Part shown: positions 56,139 to 64,000 of the stretch, piece after piece
How the letters are laid out: each line of letters opens with the position of its first letter
Numbering within the stretch: position 1 is the stretch's first letter
DNA from: Octopus vulgaris
Taxonomy: Eukaryota
Length of the DNA stretch: 64,000 nucleotides
Assembly: GCA_951406725.2 (NCBI GenBank)
Contig: OX597814.1
Location: 193,068,001 to 193,132,000 of the forward strand
Direction: 5' to 3'
Made by a program: the position numbers and the translations under genes
The notes under the pieces: generated by a model
Database searches by the model: none
What the model was told of the DNA's origin: nothing
The model's input: the letters and a program-made list of their open reading frames with translations, nothing else

Positions 56139-58786
56139 CATATTACAAAACACTTCATTGTGTGTGAAATTAAAACGCAGACATTTTTTATGCTATTATA
56201 TATGTGTGTGTGTGTGCGTGCGATCGCTTTTCTTTTGACAGATTATAAATTGTATAATAAATGTATTCTCAGGGGTTAATTGTTAATAACGAAAAACCCT
56301 GAGAAAGAAATTTATGGCACTTTAGCGGTAGGTAAATAAAAAAATGAGCGCATGATAGTATCTAAGTGGATATTCTTTTCAGCAGGGTCTTGACTTTGTC
56401 TGTGTAAACAATTTGAAAGAATACACTGACGTAAAATTGCTAATATTTGAACAAGATGGTGGATTTCTCCAAGAATATTTTAATATCGTTTGCGGGTTTC
56501 ATTCTGGCAGTTTGCCTCTCGAATCCAATTTCAGGCATCACTTATTGTAGTGTATTCCAGATAATGACATCGTGAAGGAGAAAATTGATTCTTCTATTTC
56601 GGAAATAATGACTGCATCGTGACAGCGTCATGATTGAATCGTCTGCCTTTTCTGCCTCACTCTTGAAGTTTTCTCCTCGTTTCTGTGTACACAACGATTT
56701 CTCCCTTAAATGCTTTACTTAGAAGTGATGCCGAGACAGAGACTTATGAGAATGATTAGTATCGAACTTAGTTATATTGGTTTTATTAAAAGATGCCGAA
56801 ATAATCCATTTAAGGTTTAGTTAAATGAGGTTGGAATAGATAGACAAGTCAAACGCTACTCATTTTTATGAGTGACTTTTAGCAGTTCTATTTATTCTAG
56901 CCTCAACCTGATGAGATATTTTCTCAATCTTATTTGATCATACTACTACTATACATACATACATACATACATACATACATACATACATACATACATACAT
57001 ACATACATACATACATGCATACATGCATACATACATACATACATACATACATACATACATACATACATACATACGCAGACACACACAGAATCTTAAAAGA
57101 GAACACCAAGACGGGTCGAAATCAGAACAGGGTGTATTAGTTTAACGCTCAGGAAAAACGGGAAAAGTATGTAACGTTTCGAGCCAACGCTCTCCTACAG
57201 ATAGGAAAGATGAAGAGAAAAAAATACGTGTCTGAGTTTAACGGTCAAAGCATATGTGTATGTATCATTCAACCACGGTAGTGATTGAATATATTCTTAA
57301 GTTCACCTTTCGTCAATCGCAGCAGCTTCCAAGCTCCACCACTAATTCAGTTCTAAACTACATTGCAAACTGTTAATAGTTTTAAAGAGGACACCCTCAG
57401 CTACACTTTGGCATAAATAGTTTTAGATTTGTTTCCGTAAAAAAAGATACATCAAAATATCTGTGACCTCAAGGGAGGGGGGAATAAGGCAGATATTCAT
57501 CTTCAATTAACATAAATTTTTAAATTTTAAATTAAAAGTCTACCTTTCTTAGGCTTAAATGCTAGAAAAATGCACGAGGAATTCAGAATCGCTAGTCGCA
57601 TTGAACAAAAATTAGTAGAAAAGTGTTATGAAGTAAAATGTTACAAAATTTCATGTCAGTCAGTAAGGAAGTAAGGTAGTAACGCTTCAGCAATAAGCAT
57701 AAAGAATATATTTCTAAAATGAACGCTTGCTTTCTAAGTCGACGAGCTGGTAGAAACGTTAACGCACCGGGCGAAATTCTAAACGGTAATTCGTCTGTCT
57801 TTACGGTTTTTTTTTTGAGATTACTTAATTAATATTTTATAACTAAACACATTCAAACTTCCGATACTGGTAGAATGCGTCACATAGAACAGGGTTTACT
57901 CTTAACGTTTTTGACAAAATTTTGTATTTTAGAAGTTATTCCGTCAGAAGTTAGAGTGACAATGGACAAATACAGCCAATATAGCTTTTGACTTGTTCTT
58001 TAACTTCTGCCAATGATATATATACATATTACATATATGTGTAAAAAAATCTCATCACGCAATCGAACCAATGAAAGAGCCTCTATTTGGCCGCTCGACA
58101 CGCTAAAAACAGCAGCCAAAGTATTCTCCTACTTATATCACACGCCCATTGTATGTAATGTCCTAGATTATCCCTAAAAAGACGGTTTGCTGAAGGCTGG
58201 AATGTCTTTGATGATACGTTTGCTGTATCAGGATTTATTTGAGGCTAAATAACAACAACATTATGGTCAATTTCTATATTAACACCCGCACGATTTTCAC
58301 TAAGAAAAAAGAAATTGATTTTTTGCGTGAAATCAAGTACCCTAACCTCCTAATATGCTGCAAATCCCTTATTTTGGTTCGGAAAAAATGAGGTGGGGGG
58401 GTTTACCCCCCCCCCAATCCCGGAATCATTGGAATTTTTTTTTCGTTGAATGAATTCCTATGACCTAATATTGTAAAATTAGGTTACTTAAGATAAGCCT
58501 AGTAAGTGATGGTTTTGGGGTCTTGTTGTTTGTAACTTATGGTGAGCCATTGTGCAAACAAGCAACAGGGTAAAAATCCCTGCCATTAATTTGGTGTGGA
58601 TGGGTAATATCAAATAATTCAATCACAACATATATTTAAATTAAACACGAAAAACAAAAATTGAAATATTATCATCACTTACATGGAAAAATTGAAATAT
58701 TAACTTTCAGTAGTTTATAAGGTAAAATCTTAAATTATTAATTGACACATTATTAATTATCTTATAACAGCAAAGCCTGGAAAAAT

Positions 58787-59318
58787 CATGCGTTACATGG
58801 AAAAATGCGAGCATGAAAAGTCATATTCTTGAGATTATAAATCTGGAAAAGGACAGGACAAGTTATTACACCTGTAAAAGTATAGAACAAGCTATTACCT
58901 CTAGTCAGGTAAAGAATAAGAAACTTTTTACTTAAAATATTGCAGCTAAAATTAAAATTTGAATATTAAAACTTATTTTATTATAGCTTACAAATAACAC
59001 TATACTTATTTAAGTAGAATTTGGCTAATTTACTACCTTAAATACAGAAAAAAGTGACTAATTAGACAAACTTACAAATTAGGTGAACAATTTTGTACAA
59101 TAAATTTTAAAAGATGAAAACTGTAAGGAGTGATAAATTAAAAGAACTGGCATTCTTTGCTGCAATATTTTAAGCAAAAAGTTTCTTATTCTTTACTCTA
59201 CTAGAAATAATAGCTTGTCCTATACTTTTACAGGTGTAATAACTTGTCCTGTACTTTTCCATGTTTATACTCTTAAGAATATGACTTTTCATACTCACAT
59301 TTTTCCATGTAATGTATG
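58787..59318. repeat. Long inverted repeat (~165-bp arms, ~200-bp spacer), possible foldback MITE
   Basis: 58787-58950 is reverse-complementary to 59152-59318. Confidence 0.8.
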
Positions 59319-59329
59319 TAAATATGTAT

Positions 59330-59655
59330 TGTGGGAAGGCGCGTGGGTTAGTGGCTGGGATATTCGGCTCACAATCGTAAGGTCGTGAGTTCAATTCCCG
59401 GCGATGCGTTGTGTCTTTGAGTAAGTCCCTTTATTTCACATTGCTCCAGTCCACTCAGCTGGCAAAAATGAGTTGTACCTGTATTCCAAAGGGCCAGCCT
59501 TGTCACAATCTGTGTCACGCTGAATCTCTCGGAGAACTGCGTTAAGGGTACACGTGTCTGTGGAGTGTTCAACCACTTGCACGTTAATTTCACGAGCAGG
59601 CTGTTCCGTTGATCAAATCAGCCGGGACCCTCATCATCGTAACCGACGGAGTGGT
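59330..59655 (+). mobile_element. Hybrid SINE (family-C-like head, family-B tail)
   Basis: TTGCTCCAGTCCACTCAGCTGGCAAAAATGAGT (family C) joined to TGTACCTGTATT...AACCGACGGAGTG (family B). Confidence 0.85.
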
Positions 59656-59705
59656 CCTTATACATACATACATACATACATACATACATACATACATACA
59701 TACAT

Positions 59706-59786
<81 letters not shown>

Positions 59787-60182
59787 CTAGCAGTATCACC
59801 CGGCGTTGCTCGGGTTTGTAAGGGAAATAACTATATAAGCATTTTTAGAGAGTTATAGCAAAAAAATAGCAAAAAAATGCATTAAAAATTGAAAAAAAAA
59901 TTAAGGTAAATTTTTTTTAAATCGTTGACACATCGTAGATATTTTTTAGAGAGTTACTTCCCTTATATAAAAGCGAAAAAATGCATTAAAATGGAAAAAT
60001 ATGATGGTAAATTTTTTTAAAATCCTAGACTCATCGTAGACACGCGCTAATACCCAGAAGGGCTCGATATGAATCACGACTATAAGATACCCGCTTTTGG
60101 TTAAACTGCACCGCAAAATGTGGGAGTAGTTACGAATCTAAATCGTAGGAGACAGACACACAACTTCACTCTTATATAAAGA
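59787..60182 (-). mobile_element. Complete non-autonomous Helitron
   Basis: A|TCTTTATATAAG start. Hairpin and CTAG|T end near-identical to those of 47646-48022. Confidence 0.88.
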
Positions 60183-61096
60183 TGCTTTTTTTTTTCAGTC
60201 ATAGAGTTAGATTTATGAAGGTCTTCAGTAGAAAATCCTTCGAATTCTGACTCGCTGCTTGATATAATGAAATTCGTATCCATTTTTTGTCAGAATTACA
60301 AATTTTGAAAACACAATAGGAACAAATTTCGGAAAAAAATCTCCCATAATTCACGGAATTAAAATTACACTTCGATTTTTGTACAAAACTGTATTTGAAG
60401 TGTTTACGAAGTATAATACGTGTTTTCACGAATGTACTAAAGAGATTTGCTCTGATATTCTCATTTAAAAATGAATAGGTAAATTCGGGCGTTTTGGTAA
60501 CGAAAGGGTTTATATAAGTGTCGTCTGTTTATACATAAACACTGTTTCATACTTTCAGTTTAGTCTTCCTCAAATCACTTTGTCGCTATTTACTCTCTTC
60601 CAAGAACATTTTCACTCACTCTTATCTGTTAGCTTGCCATACATTTTACTCATGTATCTATCAGCGTGATAGACAGAAACAAATATTACATCTAGTTTCA
60701 CTTTATTCGTTGCACACTGTGTGTGTGCGTTTGCGTGTGCTGTAAACCAGACTAAGAAAAGCATTTGACATACACACCAGAATGTGAGTTTTCTGTAAAT
60801 TTTGCTTAATTGGAGTTTAAATTTTAAAAACTGGACCTGGCAAAACCCGATGCATTCTACTCTTAAAAATGCTAGGTAAATTGTAATTGAAGAAATCCTA
60901 TATTGTAGATTTCTATAACTGACAAAGGGAGGCAGATAAAATCTGCCTTTTATAATAAGAGATATATAGATAGATAGATAGATAGATATATAGATAGATA
61001 GATAGATAGATAGATTGGTAGATAGATAGAGATACGTGTGTATATGTTTGTATATATATATGTGTGTGTGTGCTTGTGTGTGTACGTATGTGTGTA

Positions 61097-61129
<33 letters not shown>

Positions 61130-61616
61130 ACATGTGCGTATGTGAAATTTCTGTGCATACACATTTACATATAACGGCGAGCGCATACACATACATACCT
61201 TATTTCACACATTCACATACGAATACTTGTACGCGCGCACGCACACATACATACAGTGGAGGCGCGTTGCCTAGTGCTAGGGGTAATAGCTTCACGATAA
61301 ATTAGTCGAAGGTTCAATTCCTGTATCAGGGTGCTCCCTTATGCCCTTTGAGCTATGCACTTCATTTCTTAATGTTCTAACATACTCAGCTGAAAGTGAG
61401 CATCATCTGAATTCTGGTGCAAGCCCCTTTCCTTCTAGCCATCATATCCTTGAAATTTCGTTGATTCAAAGGGTCAGCAGCTACTGCTGCTGCTAATGTT
61501 GTTGCTTCTGTTGCTGTTGCTGTTGCTGTTAAGCGAAGTGGTCTTCGCCCCAGAGCTCGCAGTGGGTTAAGTCCGAATCGTGGTCCTTTGCTATTCGTAA
61601 GACCCGTAGAAGAGAA

Positions 61617-61743
61617 AGCCGGAGCCTCGTGGAGCTTTAGGTGTTTTCGCTCAATAAACACACAACGCCCGGTCTGGGAATCGAAACTGCGATCCTCCAG
61701 CCGCAAGATCGCAGCACTAACCATTAGGCCATTGTACCTCCAC
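61617..61743 (-). mobile_element. SINE family B head fragment
   Basis: tRNA-like head only. Confidence 0.75.
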
Positions 61744-62735
61744 TGTTGTTGCTGCTGGTTTCATATCAGCCATGATCGAAAACAAAAAAACTATGACCAA
61801 ATGTATCTCTGATTTGACCACCCTACCTTAATTTCTATAGGCATAGTGTACCTTGGGTTACATCAGCCAATATCTTCATTATTAATTTTTAACCGCTAAG
61901 GTGTGATTTCGAGTGAGGTTTGGCTGCTAGTTCTAACAGGTCAAAACTCCAGATAGACTCTTCCTTTTGCATTACTATAATTTTGTATATCACATACATC
62001 TGTAGACACCTAGGCACGTAGATGCATACAGACATACATGTGTACTGCATACATGCATGATGCGTATATGTATACAGAAATACATGTATACTCACATACA
62101 CGCATATACACATCCACGCATGTATTCATACATGCATACATGTATATATATATACAAGCATGCATGTTTACATACATGTATAAAAACATGAATACACATA
62201 TACATGCATATAGCAAACATGCATAAACACATGCATGTATATATATACAAACATATATACACAGATACATACATGTGTATATACATGCATATACATGCAC
62301 AATTATGCATTTACACATCCACGCATGCATTAATACATGCATACATACATCTATATATATATATACAAGCATGCATGTTTGCATACATGTATATATATAC
62401 AAACATGCATACGCATATAAATGCATATAGCAAACATGCATAAGCACATACATGTATATATATAACCATGTATACGCACATATATGCATGTAGCAAACAC
62501 ACATACGCACATACATGTATATATACATGCATATACACACACAATTATGGTGGAGCATCTCCCCACCAAATTTGGTCCGCTTCCATAGTCTGTAGACGTA
62601 TTCCTTTTGTAAAATACCTTTCCGTCTCTCCCAGACGGTGTCAGTTCGTTCTACGAATTACTCCCGAAATCTTTCTCTTCATATTATACATTCATCTGGT
62701 TTTAAATATATCCAGATGACTGAAGTTATTAAACA

Positions 62736-62773
<38 letters not shown>

Positions 62774-62817
62774 GCGCACATATATAGACGCACGCACACG
62801 CATAATATTTTATATAT

Positions 62818-62904
62818 TAGATAAGAACTACTCCATTCTAATACATATGTATGAATGTATGTATTGTACGTATGTATGAACGCATATATATATGCGTATA
62901 TATG

Positions 62905-62935
<31 letters not shown>

Positions 62936-62998
62936 TCAAATATACATATGCATATACATATATATATTTATATATGAGATTAGAACTACATTATTCTG

Positions 62999-63048
<50 letters not shown>

Positions 63049-63052
63049 GTAT

Positions 63053-63084
<32 letters not shown>

Positions 63085-63211
63085 GTATATATATGTATGT
63101 ATATATATATGTATATATATATGTATATATATATGTATATATATATATATATATATGTATATGTATATATATATGTATATGTATATATATATATGTATAT
63201 GTATATATATG

Positions 63212-63242
<31 letters not shown>

Positions 63243-63305
63243 GCATGTGTCAGAATAATGTAGTTCTAATTTAATATATAAATACATGAATATGCATATA
63301 TATCT

Positions 63306-63390
<85 letters not shown>

Positions 63391-63610
63391 TACATATATA
63401 TATTCATATATTAGATTAGAACTATATTCTGACACAAGTATATACATACGTGATGGTATTTTAATAATACCATCCCTTCTTATATTTATATATATACGTA
63501 TATATGTATATATATATATATATAAACACTTGTATATACATATATATACATTGATCTATATATATATATATATATATATTAGATTAGAACTACATTATTC
63601 TGACACATGT
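62818..63610. repeat. Short motif ATTAGAACTACATTATTCTGACACAT repeated between (TA)n tracts
   Basis: Copies at ~62979 (+), 63245 (-), 63415 (+), 63583 (+), degenerate at 62820 (+). Confidence 0.85.
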
Positions 63611-63627
63611 ATATATGTGTATATCTA

Positions 63628-63695
<68 letters not shown>

Positions 63696-64000
63696 GAGAG
63701 AGATGCACATAGATATATATACACGTATATATATACGCATATATATATATACATATACGTATATATATCTATATCTGTATTTGTACACATATATATATAT
63801 ATATATAAATAGGTGCATATATGAAGGCGAGCGTAAATGTATGCATGTGTATGTGAGTATATATGTACGTGCTCTTTATATATACATTGACATTAATAGT
63901 TCTGCTCGTTTGTTTGTGCTTGTATGAGTCTATGCCTATCTAGTTCCCTATTCGACTCATAAATGTTGGAAACAGCAAAACTAACATATTTAATTCAGAA

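Noticed and set aside
62818-63610. Repeat-spacer array resembling CRISPR
   Set aside because: Spacers are microsatellites of irregular length and orientation is mixed.

Overview
Eukaryotic, AT-rich, repeat-saturated intergenic or intronic DNA. The SINE families, 5S-like sequence and microsatellite density suggest an Octopus genome (inference). No host protein-coding gene could be supported, and almost all ORFs in the track are microsatellite translations. Contents: four tRNA-derived SINE families (my labels A-D), several with clean TSDs and some with swapped head/tail modules; a 5'-truncated Penelope-like element (RT C-terminus + Cys linker + GIY-YIG); R4/Dong-type RLE LINE relics; RTE, CR1, Gypsy, Helitron, Chapaev-like and DD41D Tc1/mariner relics; MITEs; a dispersed 5S rRNA copy; several long inverted repeats. 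The strongest unannotated signal is a set of minimal hammerhead-ribozyme-like motifs in at least four different pLTR-like repeats. Three have a compensated U3:A8 core (UUGANAA) and one has a CUGUAGA core. All have a palindromic stem III, and they occur in tandem or inverted arrangements next to (TA)n tracts. Coordinates were read by eye and repeat boundaries are approximate.
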